DNA from: the human T2T-CHM13v2.0 reference genome, Homo sapiens
Direction: 5' to 3' (one strand)
Assembly (NCBI RefSeq): GCF_009914755.1
Contig: NC_060927.1
DNA length: 64,000 nt
In this document: piece by piece, positions 51,521 through 64,000 of the stretch
Layout: each line of letters begins with the position of its first letter
Position numbering within the stretch: position 1 is the first letter of the stretch
The notes under the pieces: generated by a model
Told to the model about the DNA's origin: nothing
The model's input: only the letters and a program-made list of their open reading frames with translations
Databases searched by the model: none
Program-made: the position numbers and the translations under genes

Positions 51521-53733
51521 ATTTAAGGTTGTACTCTCCTTCTGCCACTCAAATATTCCATAGGTGATTCTAGAAGATGAATTAAAATGCAATAGAAAAG
51601 TTGCATGTAAAAAACTATTCCTTAAAGTAAGATAAATAAAATAGATTTTTTAAAAAGGGGAAAAAACTATTCATTTGATTCTTGATTCTCCTTGTACTAT
51701 AAAAGTTAAGCAAAACTCGTCCTTTTTTCATATGCTATGTAACTCGGAATTCACTTCTTTTTAATTGCTTGTCTGAATTATTGTGGTCCCATGTCTATGC
51801 ATACTAGTGATTACACTGTTTTGAAAGGCTTTTTGAGCAATATGTTAGGAGAAAGACAGAATAAACAATAAGATTTTCAGTCTGTAAATTCGTCACTGTG
51901 TATAAACCACACAGCAGGTGAAGTCATTCAGGTCAATAGGGTATCTTTCACTAATCAACCTCTACATTAATTTACTAATTTCTCTGTGCCTCCCCAAAGT
52001 GAGAACTCTATTCAGATGCATTATTTGTATTTCCCATTTTGAATAGATAATGAATATATTATGATGCAATTAAAGGTACACAGATTGTGTGTATTAGGTT
52101 TTTTCCATAACTAATTCAAGAATGAAATAATATATGTTGTTTTGAAGTCAGTTGTCACGGATAAATGAGAGAAGCTGGCCATAATTGAACCTGAGGTGAA
52201 TTCCTTTAGACTGGGCCATTGTAAACTACTTAATTCTGAAAATATCTCTTTAAAATAAATTTTAAACTTTATCCCAACTAATTCACTATGAATAAAGGTT
52301 AAAGACTTAATCCTATGATTTTATAAATCCTTGTTGTTTAACAAATTACATGTTTGTTTTACTCTATTATCAAAATCAGTTCATAAATGAATCTTCTTCA
52401 ACAAGAAGGGTTGGTGCTTAGATATAAGGTACCTTGTAGTCTGTGAACCCTTTATTGTAGTCATTTTACATTTTTAATATGTCACTAGTTTCTTAATTAT
52501 TTTCTTCCTTTTTTGGTTGGAATCTAATAGTAACAGACATGTAATAACTTTTACCAAATTTCCTTCATATTATTTAAATAACTTTATTTGGGGTAAAAAT
52601 AAAACTAAGATATTCATTACAGGAGTGGTATGAGTGGGGAATAGAGTGAAGGTGGTATATTTGCCTTGACCTTTCAAAAATCACCTGCCATTTCTGTACT
52701 AAAGTCATGCTAACCAGGGACTACCTTTGAGCTTGCCTGTTTCACTCTTTCCTGGTACAACAGTACCCCTCAACCTCCTTCATCTTTTCCTTTAAATGCT
52801 ACTCATTCTTCAAGGATCTCCTCAATAAAACCTACTGATACAGGTGCCATACTTAGCTTCTTGTTTATTTACAGTCTAAAGGCATTGCTTGTGTTTCTTC
52901 AGCATTTCTTCTAGCTCATTACCATAGAGCTAAGTTCTTAATAGGCACCGCTGAAAAAATTGTCATGGTCAAATATAAACTATTAGAAGGAAACAAACAA
53001 ATGAAAGTTAGTTTGTTAGAAGGATGCTTTTCACAAGTGATTTGCTACATATCATGATTTTGGGAAATCAACACAAAATTAGAAATGGGAACAGTTTAAA
53101 ACTCAGAAAAACAATTTCCCTAAGGAAATTATAAATTATTTTGCCCTCTAAGCACTGAATAATATTGAGTAAAGGTTTTTTTTTGTTTGTTTGTTTGCTT
53201 GCTTGGTTGGTTTTTTTTTTTTTAAGAAAGAGTAAAATGTTAGCTATAAGATTGCTATAATTTGTTAATGGACTAAGCAATATTCATAGTAAAGAAGAAA
53301 AGAAACAATGTCTGCTTTGCTTTCTTAAAAGGCCATGTATTAAGAGGCATAACACAAATCTTATAAGTTTGGAAAAGAAGTAAAATTGGAATTCAGCTCA
53401 GTCCGACTCTATGTGCTTGAAATCTACAAAAAATTCTGTACTCACCTCTGTCACAAGCATTTAAAATATCTATTTCTGTTGAAATATGGACCTCAGTAAG
53501 GCTGCCATTACTGCTTTCTTAACTGTATCATTAGCTTTTAACAGAAATATGAATTACAAATATTAGAAGACACCACTTCCATTTTTATAAATATTATCAT
53601 TAGAAAACTGAGAAAGGCCAGAAAAATGAAAATTTAATATACATTAAATAGAGAAAAATCGATAGCATACGTGTATGCTAGCAACAACTCAATAACTCAT
53701 TAGAAAATAGAAGTTTTAAAGAAGTCCTATTGG

Positions 53734-53736
<3 letters not shown>

Positions 53737-53768
<32 letters not shown>
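53737..53768 (+). repeat. (CA)n microsatellite
   Basis: Seen directly. Confidence 0.96.
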
Positions 53769-53770
<2 letters not shown>

Positions 53771-53788
53771 TATACTTTTAAATCTCTA

Positions 53789-54099
<311 letters not shown>

Positions 54100-54211
54100 C
54101 TAAATAGCTCTATAAAACTTTCACAAGAAAAGTGCATAACTTATATGAAGACAACTAAAAAAATTGTTAAAAGATAATTTTAAAATTTTAATAAATGTAC
54201 AACTAATAATA

Positions 54212-54579
<368 letters not shown>

Positions 54580-54751
54580 TTATATATATATATATTCACA
54601 TCTAATGTTATTACAATAAATATCTTAAACAAATTGAGAGCTGGGGGTCCTAAAATGCACTGGAGTACTAAACGTGGGAAAATGCAAAGAAACTTTTGAA
54701 AAAGAAATGTACTAAAGGTAAAGTAACCATACACATTGTTTTTTTAAACAT

Positions 54752-55046
54752 TTTTTTTCTTTAGTGACAGGGTCTAACTCTGTTGCCCACACTGGAGTGC
54801 AGTGCCCTAATCATGGCTCACTGCAGCCTCAGCCTCCTGGTCTCAAGTGATCCTCCTGCCTCAGCCTCCAGAGTAGCTGAGACTACGGGTGCGCACGAAC
54901 ACACCTGGCAAATTTTAAAAAATTTTTTAGAGACGAGGGTCTCACTATGTTGCCCGAGCTGATCTCAAAATCCTGGCCTCAAGCAGTCCCCCCTCCATGG
55001 CTTCCCAAAGTGCTGGGCTTACAGGCGTGAGCCACTATGACTGGCC
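54752..55046 (-). mobile_element. AluJ
   Basis: Diverged antisense dimer. Confidence 0.93.
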
Positions 55047-55067
55047 AAACCATACAAATGTTTTTTT

Positions 55068-55370
55068 GGGTTTTTTTTTTTGTTTTTTTTTTTTTTAGAC
55101 ATGGTCTCGCTCTGCCATCCCAGCTGGAGTGCAGTGATGCCATCATGACCTCCCAGGCTCAATGGATCCTCCCATCTCAACCTCCCTAGTAGCTGGGACT
55201 ACAGGTGCATGCCACCACACCAGGCTGATTTTTGCACTTTTTGTAGAAACAGGGCTTTACCATGTTGCTCAGACTGGTCTCTAACTACTGGGCTCAAGTG
55301 ATTCTCCCACCTTGCCCTCCCAAAGTGCTGGGATTATAAGCATGAGCCACTGCGCCTAACTGCACCTGGC
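55068..55370 (-). mobile_element. AluJ
   Basis: Antisense dimer with a small internal deletion and a 10-bp duplication near its 5' end. Confidence 0.92.
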
Positions 55371-55398
55371 CCATACACATTTTTTTTAACATACTTCA

Positions 55399-55680
<282 letters not shown>

Positions 55681-57264
55681 TTAATGTATAATAATGTGTA
55701 ACATAAGTAGTCAATGAGGGAAAGGAAGGATTATTCAGCAAGTAAGAATGGAAAATAAACTAAGAATTTGGAAAAATCATTACTTTAGATGGTTACTACA
55801 TGCACAAATAAAGTATGCATGTTTTGAGGAGAAGAGCTAAAAGGAAAAAACTCAAAAATTTTGCAAAGAGAAGATTCTAAATATTGCTCATTTGTCTAGA
55901 GTGTTTATGGATTTTAATTTCTAATGGTTTCTATAATGTATGCATCTTTGTCTCCTTCACAACTAGCACTAAGTTTTCCATACTATTGGGTATGCAGTGC
56001 ACTTTTTGCAAAGCTAGTTAGTTGATAGAGTCATTCATTCATTCATTTACTCATTCAAATATTCACTATTTTAAAATATTTGGCCACATTTCCTTTTTAA
56101 AGGTACATTTTTTCCTCTGAAGGAGTATATTTTGATCTATCTTTTTATCTGTAAAACTTAAAGTTGTATTTGTTTTGGTTGGGCCGTATTTTCCTATAAA
56201 AACAACAACAACCCAAAACTGAAAACAACTTTATGCCTTTAGCTTTTGGGTTATACCATGATTTCCACCACTGGAGCAGTTGAATAAAACAGGATTTAAG
56301 ATAATAGAAACCCAAAGAACAGAGTTTTTCAATGACTTTCTTCATACCATAATTCAAACACACTAGTCTGAACTTCATTTTCCCAGTGTAATGATTTTGG
56401 TCATGGATAATTTGTGACCGAGGGTTGATATTGGAATTGGTCTCATTTCAGGATGAGAGTAAGATTTATATGAGAACAGCAAGATGATGGTCAAAATAAT
56501 CTTTCAAAAGTCAGGAGATAACCTTATCTCAAGAGAAAAATACTGTCCAGTGACTACATGTTCTAAAATAAGGGGCTTGCTCCTGATCTTGTCAAGGAAA
56601 CTGTAAAAACATGATAAAATGGAAGCTATTACATGAGTTCAGGGAAAATTGAAGGTATTTTATTTAAATGTTGCTCTTTCCCCAGTCTGCTATTTGTTGT
56701 TGATTTTTTACAGGATATTATTTCATGGCATTTTGTTAGAATTTTGTACCTAAAAGAAATCTTAATATAATTTGTATTATTGACCTGAAAGTTCAGAGGC
56801 AACATTTTCAAATAGTAAGCAATGTCTGAGTAAAATTTTATTACTTATGACAAAGGCATCCCTGTTATTTGTAGATATATTAGTCAATTGTACTAAAAGT
56901 ACTCTTTCTAGTACTCTGTAGATTGTGTTTATTTTTTATGTGTGTATTCTATTCTTTTAGAAACCTTAAGTCTATAAATAATTTTTTTCCATTTGAGTAA
57001 AAAATCCATTTTTTTCTTTTCCTAAATGATTGCACAAGGTTCCTCTCAGTTTCATGAACCTATGATTGTTTAAAAAAGCTGAATCTACTTTGATTCCTGA
57101 TGGCTGCTCATGTATTACTTTGAATTTCCAGAAACATTTATGAAATAGAAACTGATGACATATACCAGCAGTCTTGTAGAGGGCACTCACTTCATGTAGT
57201 CCATTTTGCTGAGCACTTTAGGGCATGTGATACTTAATAGCTGGTAATTTTTTAATATATTCAT

Positions 57265-57328
57265 AGGCAGACAGACAGATATGGATAGATGGGTGAATAA
57301 ATGGATGGATAGATGGATGGATGAATGG
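57265..57328 (+). repeat. Degenerate (GATG)n repeat
   Basis: Seen directly. Confidence 0.85.
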
Positions 57329-57929
57329 AGGGTCAGGGAGGTGACCCTATTTGTATAGTTTGGTCTATTCCTGATGAGGCCAAAGCCTTAAACTAATTTC
57401 TTTCCAAGGCCTTTGTATGACAGACATCATCTGTCTTGCCGAGTGCTTCTGCAGGAGCCTGTCCAACACTGTTCCTTTATGAATGGCCTCCCGGGGTCCT
57501 CAGGAACCATGCCAGAGTTTTGCCAACTTAGATTATCACTCATGAAGATCCTTCCAGGCTTTGGTTATTTCCATGGCTGCTGATTTTTACATTTCTTCCC
57601 CCTCAGAGCAGCACTGAACTCATCAAATACAATTTAATTCTCTGTTGTTGTTTTCTGAAATGAGCTAAAAATAAAAACCAAAAAGTTCCTATATAATATT
57701 TTGAAAATTATGTAAGGAATAAGTATTGATAGTTCATTTTTAAAGGAATGTACCTGTATATTCTAAAGAAAAAAAAAGGAATGATCTATAGGAAAGGATT
57801 TATTTTTCTGTGTAAAAATTTCATAAGCAATAATTCTTCTTTAAAAAAAAAGCTAGAATCAAGTGGTAGCACCATGAATTACCAACATTCCTCTGAATAC
57901 ATTCTGCTACTAGATTAAAATGAAGCATT

Positions 57930-58080
57930 TTGCCTCTGCTTTCTCTCTGACAAATGGGAACAATCCTAGCCATTTGGCATTAAGGCTGCTGAAAGCTGAC
58001 ATTAATGATCATTATAAAGATTTGTCAGAATCAGTCTGGATGTACAGGCTAATACACACACTGACATTACATGGGGTATG
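57930..58080. promoter_or_regulatory. Candidate small conserved element with TGACA/TAAT grammar
   Basis: Four TGACA/TGTCA sites, AACAAT, cattaatgatcatta and a 10-bp inverted repeat. Confidence 0.4.
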
Positions 58081-58323
58081 TTTTTTTTTTCTCTGAGAGA
58101 TGGAACATGAAATAATCTTGGATCAAGGATATATAGGATGGCATTAGACACTGAAAGAATGTGAGAATAAAGACAGGGCTATTTTCACAGTAATAAATAA
58201 TCTATCTCTAAAAATAATCTCTAACTTCTGGCAGTCCACATGGGCAATATCTCTAGTTAAAAGTCTTCATGGTATGATTTTTCATAGGGGAAACATAAGA
58301 TACATGCAAAATACATTCATTCA

Positions 58324-59008
58324 GCAATCATTAAAAAGTCAGGAAACAACAGGTGCTGGAGAGCATGTGGAGAAATAGGAACACTTTTACACTGTTGGTG
58401 GGACTGTAAACTAGTTCAACCATTGTGGAAGTCAGTGTGGCGATTCCTCAGGGATCTAGAACTAGAAATACCATTTGACCCAGCCATCCCATTACTGGGT
58501 ATATACCCAAAGGATTATAAATCATGCTGCTATAAAGACACATGCACACGTATGTTTATTGTGGCACTATTCACAATAGCAAAGACTTGGAACCAACCCA
58601 AATGTCCAACAATGATGGACTGGATTAAGAAAATGTGGCACATATACACCATGGAATACTATGCAGCCATAAAAAATGATGAGTTCATGTCCTTTGTAGG
58701 GACATGGATGAAGCTGGAAACCATCATTCTCAGCAAACTATCACAAATACAAAAAACCGCATGTTCTCACTCATAGGTAGGAATTGAACAATGAGAACAC
58801 ATGGACACAGGAAGGGGAACATCACACACTGGGACCTGTTGTGGGGTAGGGGGAGTGGGGAGGGATAGCATTAGGAGATATACCTGTTAAATGACGAGTT
58901 AATGGGTGCAGCACACCAACATGGCACATGTATACGTATGTAACAAACCTGCACGTTGTGCACATGTACCCTAAAACTTAAAGTATAATAAAATAAAAAA
59001 ATAATAAA
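58324..59008 (+). mobile_element. Young L1PA (about PA3-4) 5'-truncated 3' end
   Basis: ORF 58423..58776 is a well-preserved L1 ORF2 C-terminus; the 3' UTR ends ccctaaaacttaaagtataataa. Confidence 0.96.
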
Positions 59009-59027
59009 AATTATCATCCATGTATTT

Positions 59028-59102
59028 CAAACCCCCATGACACAAGTTTACCTATGTAACAAAGCTGCACATGTAACCCTGAACTTAAAAAATGTTTAAA
59101 AA
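59028..59102 (+). mobile_element. Old L1PA 3' terminal fragment
   Basis: caaacccccatgacacaagtttacctatgtaacaaa...ctgaacttaaa. Confidence 0.8.
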
Positions 59103-59849
59103 GGAAAGAAAATGAGAAACGTGAAATTCAAAAGAGTGGTTATTTTTGTCTAAGGAGAGAAAAGAATATGATAGGGAAGGACACTTCTACCTCTGAAGTA
59201 GAGGGGAGGGAACATGGGTTCTTGTTTTATAACTCTTTATGATATATATACATATATATATATACACACACATTTCTATTATACATACAAAACAATTTGT
59301 ATTATACATACATAAAATTTGTATTATACATACAAAACAATATAATATATACTTTTGCCTTGTATATATAGTTTTGTATGTATAAAATAAGGGACTTCAT
59401 GTTTTTAAAAACGTAATTATAAATAGGTAACTTGTTGGAAAAGTCAAAAATATAATTTACATATCAATCAAATGCAAGATAATTTGTAAGAAAATAACTT
59501 TCATGTCCATCTGTAACTGACGGGCTCAATATCAGAATAAGCCCTGTGATAACTGGTGAAAGTAGTAAATGCTTAGAAGTGATTAAGCACTTTATCCTCA
59601 AACCATTTTATGGGTATTATATATTTGTGACAGCTGTTAGTGCCACAAGCTAATATGAAAAAAACAGTGGCTAGTACAGTGATACAATAACCTCCTTCAT
59701 CATAATACAAGATATTTTCCAGCCATACTGTAAATTCACATCTTCCCTACAGCACATATCACAGGGCATTAAATGTAGTAGATACATAAATGAGGGCTTA
59801 CTTCAAAATAACTTCCATTAACTGAATATTTAACATGGTCTAGATAATT

Positions 59850-60165
59850 CTCATACATTATTTTTTATTCTCACATCCACCCCGAAAGGTAGGTAAACTT
59901 TTTTCATTTTCAATAGCAGAAGCTATGGCTCAGAGAAATTCAAGATTTTGCCCAAGATCACAAAGGTAGTGTATGGCAAAGGCAGAATCTTAACCCAGGT
60001 CATTCTATTCCAAGAGATGTTTTCTCTCAACCATACAACCATCTAATGGCAGATAAAACTAATCCTCACAACCACCTTTTGAGGTAGGTCCTATTGTCTT
60101 CCTAAATTTACAGATGAGGAAACTGAGTCATGAAGAGATTGTCAACTTACCTATAGTCACACACT
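59850..60165 (-). mobile_element. Two MIR fragments
   Basis: ggctcagagaaattcaagattttgcccaagatcac; aatcctcacaaccacc...tttacagatgaggaaactgag. Confidence 0.8.
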
Positions 60166-61114
60166 TGACTTGGGATTGGGGAGACAATAAGTGGGAGGGA
60201 GATGGGACCAGATCCCGTATCCTTAGACCTGGATTGGTGGTGACTGCTATGGTAGAAGGATGCATGTTATGCACAAACTTTTCCAAGGCAAACTAGCAAG
60301 GAAGCCTGCTGAAGGGTAGACCTTACTCGGGTGGCCTGAAACTGACAAAAATGCTTCACATTCTTAGGCCTTTTATGATCCTCTTAAGAGTGAAAAGAAT
60401 CTCCACATGTGGCCCAAAAAACCAAAACCCACAGTTATATACACTTAACACTTAAGGAATTCGGTGCCCCGTCAGTGTGGTGAGACAAGAATCTCCCCAA
60501 AAACTATCACTATTCCTCTTTCTCCTTCTCATAACTAGGCTTCTGACATCAAAGTTTACTGTTAAAAGCATCCTTAATAGAAATATTACTGTATATATTT
60601 TCACCAGAAGGAAAAATGTCAGGGGGATTTGGCATGATAGGTGTTTACCATAAGTTTGACATGCATTATTGTTAGATCATTCTACTCTCCCTCCATAATT
60701 TTTCTATGCAATTTATTTATGTGCATATTTAAGTGGTGTGCCACTTAATTGAAATTATAGTGTGTTCAAGCCAGATTTGACACTGACTGGCAGTCGCTGT
60801 TAAGGAATACTTGGAACCTATGAAAGGGTCATTTTCCAAATAGTGCAGATATAACTCTATTCATCCAGCAGAATATTTTAGGAAATCAAATAGCTGATAG
60901 TGCCAGTACAACTACCCCATTCATTCCAGGCAGGATTATGTCTTATTTACCTCTCACAACCCCAGAACAACATATGACATATCAGGTAGTATTATAGTGC
61001 CGTTAGCTTCCTCACCTTCTCATACAAAGACTCTGCCTACAGATTCAAGTGTCTTGAAAATAACTGTTTAAAAATCACTCAATCCTCAGAAGACTTTTAA
61101 AAACGTAGGTGTTG

Positions 61115-61419
<305 letters not shown>

Positions 61420-61704
61420 GGTGTTTATATTGTGCATAAAAACAACCCAGTATTTAATTCAGTTTTCTGTATTTTATATCCATATATTTATTATTAGAAA
61501 AGTACAGCCCATAGCAACGGGATTCAAATCCAGACTATTGCAGATAGAGGATTCTTAATAGGCCAACAGCCAAGCAACTTCAAGGAACAAACAAAAACAA
61601 TAAATAGCCTCAGATTTTACTTTTCAATTCAAAAGGGCTAACATGTTATAAAGAGTAACTGAAAATTCATCTTCCTCTTTCTCCCCTTTGTGTCTCCTAC
61701 TCTA

Positions 61705-61860
61705 CTTAGCTCTTAGACACATCATTAACCCCTCTGTGCCTCAGTTTCCTTATCTGTAAAATAGGATAATAATAATACCCTCTCTTTCATTGTTGGGTGG
61801 ATTAGATAAATTAATACAGTTAAAATGCACATATCAGATACTTGGAGTGTAGTAAATGTT
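61705..61860 (+). mobile_element. MIR
   Basis: cctctgtgcctcagtttccttatctgtaaaataggataataata. Confidence 0.85.
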
Positions 61861-62339
61861 ACATTTTAGTTCACATTAGTATTATTTATAATTACTGTTT
61901 CATCGTTATATTCCATGACTAAGTTACATATCATGCTTTATCTTATAGTAGCTTTTAAAATAATAAATTGACTTAACATTTTGGATACCTCTATGAAAAT
62001 TTAAAAAAAATTAGAAACACAATTAAATGAGAATTAGTGTATATCCAAAGATCACCATAGTGATAATACTCATTAAAATTATAAAATTGAGACCCTATTG
62101 AAATGTCCTTTATTTTCCTGCAGACTGGATTACATGACATCATAAGTGTGTTCTGCAAAGAAACTTCAACTGTAGATCAAATATGCCTATAATACAAAGT
62201 TCTTCATTACAGGAAACAACTGAATACCTTGCTGTCTTTTGAACTATATTTTCCCCTGTAGCTTTTGTGTCTATTAGAAATCAAGTAAATAGGTAAGTAA
62301 TCAGTATATTGAAACTATTTGGGATACTAAAGGAGAAAA

Positions 62340-62570
62340 AATCTAACATTTATTGAATACCTTTTAAGTGTCAGAAAGTTTTGTAAGTGCTTTATATGTG
62401 ATCATTATTTTATTTGGTCCTCATAACTGTCCCCTGAGATACTATTCCCTGGTTTACAAATGAGGAAATATTTTCTCAGAGAGGTCTTTATTTGATACGA
62501 TTAGTTGGCTAAGAGGGAGTGGATCAGGATCTAGGACTTAGATCAATCTGTCTCTCAAGCCTATTCTCTG
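62340..62570 (-). mobile_element. MIR
   Basis: ctaacatttattgaatacc...gtcctcataac...tttacaaatgaggaaa. Confidence 0.75.
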
Positions 62571-63399
62571 TAGACTATGTTTATTTTGAGCAACTACTTT
62601 TGACTGATTACTCTTATATACTACATAATAACACATTCCCAAAATTATCTGATAGTCGTCTTTAGAATATGACATCATGACCTTATGATAAATGCTAACA
62701 AAATTTTCTTACTTGCTGACTCTAATTAGAAGGACAGTTCTGTGTAATTTTTGGGAATCCTGGCAACATTTCTACAAAGGAGGGGTTCCTAGCTAGCAGC
62801 TGTAGAAAAATCTCCATAAACATTTCATTTGATATTCTCATATTTTACATTACTGCAAGTGTTTTGCACACCCCAGGGATGTGAAATGTGCCATGAGAAA
62901 TGCAGTGAGCTGCCAGTCAGTGCCCTGCAGGGGGATTTATGAAATGGTATCCTGCAAATGTTGTTTGTTTCTTTTCAGCCCAAACTGCGTGAATTATTTC
63001 AACTGAATCGGGAGGGTAGATGAAGGGGTGCAGGAATCTAATAGAGAAACCTGCACCCCTATTGTTGCTGAATAAGTGGTCTAAATGATGGACTACTTAT
63101 TGCGAAAGTCTGTAACTTTTTGTTTTGAGATACTGGTTTTATGTGGCTCCTGCAATTTTTTGAGCAATTACTCCCATCTTCATTATCTTTCTTCTTAAGG
63201 GAAAGCCATACTCGACTCTTTGACGTGCCCATGTCCCTACAGCCAGGAGACAGGCTGCATGTGAGGTGCTGATTGTTTTGTTCTGCTCAGGTTCTCTTTC
63301 CATGACAGAAGAAGAAGGGATAGTCTCAGGAGGTGGAAGGAGCTCGGTTGATTGGGAAGCATCATGGTTTCATAGAAAAACCTTGATCTTTTAAGAGCC

Positions 63400-63545
63400 T
63401 GAGTGTTAGTGGCAGCTCCTCTGCTTTCTAATTGTGTGACTTGGGCAAGGTTACTTCTCAGAGACTCCATTTTCTCATCTCTAATGTGGGAGATATAATA
63501 TTGTAGGGAGTAAATGAGATGGTATTTCTAAAATACTGGGTACTA
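63400..63545 (+). mobile_element. MIR
   Basis: tgtgtgacttgggcaaggttacttctcagagactccattttctcatct. Confidence 0.8.
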
Positions 63546-63941
63546 ATTATCATTAGTATCTAAAATATTAATGATAATTAGTAAAACTAATTATCACTGT
63601 TTTCATCATTGATGAGGCAGTGACACAAAATTCCCATTATGTTCTAAATACATACTGTTAGATGTCTGAGAGATTTTACATCATTGGTTGCTGCTTAAAC
63701 AAAGACCATTTTTTTTTTACTTTAGATATTGAAAGCAACCCAGTAGTGTTCCCTTTTTACTTAGTGGCTGCACATACCAATCATTCGAATGAAAACTCAC
63801 ATACTCTCCTGGGGGCTGTGTAGTACAGTGCCACAGATTATCTTACTAATAACTGAAATCCTGCTGTCTTCATATGAATTTATCAAATTATCTACTTTTA
63901 TAAGCATAAATGAGATTATATTAGCAGTGTACAGGTGAAAA

Positions 63942-64000
63942 TTTATTTTATTTTTTTATTTTTTATTTCTTATTTTATTATTATTGTACTTTAAGTTTTA
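63942..64000 (-). mobile_element. Tail and 3' end of a young L1PA, continuing beyond the window
   Basis: T-rich tail followed by ttattgtactttaagtttta, the reverse complement of the L1PA terminus. Confidence 0.8.

Noticed and set aside
53663-53680. 8-2-8 palindrome tagcatac-gt-gtatgcta (similar: ttaagtgg-tgtg-ccacttaa at 60729-60748)
   Set aside because: Isolated 8-bp arms are expected a few times in 64 kb of AT-rich DNA.
58423-58776. Well-preserved L1 ORF2 C-terminal ORF
   Set aside because: 5'-truncated L1 with no promoter, ORF1 or RT; not a gene.

Overview
AT-rich primate (human-like) intronic or intergenic DNA. I recognise no intact protein-coding exon, RNA gene, CRISPR array or other prokaryote-type system. 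The ORFs in the track are L1 or hAT transposase remnants, Alu translations, simple repeats or chance frames. Much of the window is transposon debris: nested old L1s, about 18 Alu/FLAM copies, MaLR LTRs, hAT-Charlie elements, MIR and L2. Subfamily names come from visual recall of consensus sequences, and boundaries without a stated target-site duplication (TSD) are approximate. The most notable items are (i) a TE-free block at 39.6-40.5 kb, dense in TGACA/TAATTA motifs and chained palindromes, that looks like a conserved developmental enhancer, with a smaller block of similar grammar at 57.9-58.1 kb; (ii) a 154-bp insertion at 4985-5138 stitched from three separate local templates; (iii) a 472-bp retrocopied mRNA 3' end with a perfect TSD at 49639-50110; (iv) a twin-primed inverted L1PB, a triplicated Alu target site and several TSD-flanked micro-insertions. 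None of this establishes a new biological system; the enhancer-like blocks and the templated mosaic are the best leads.
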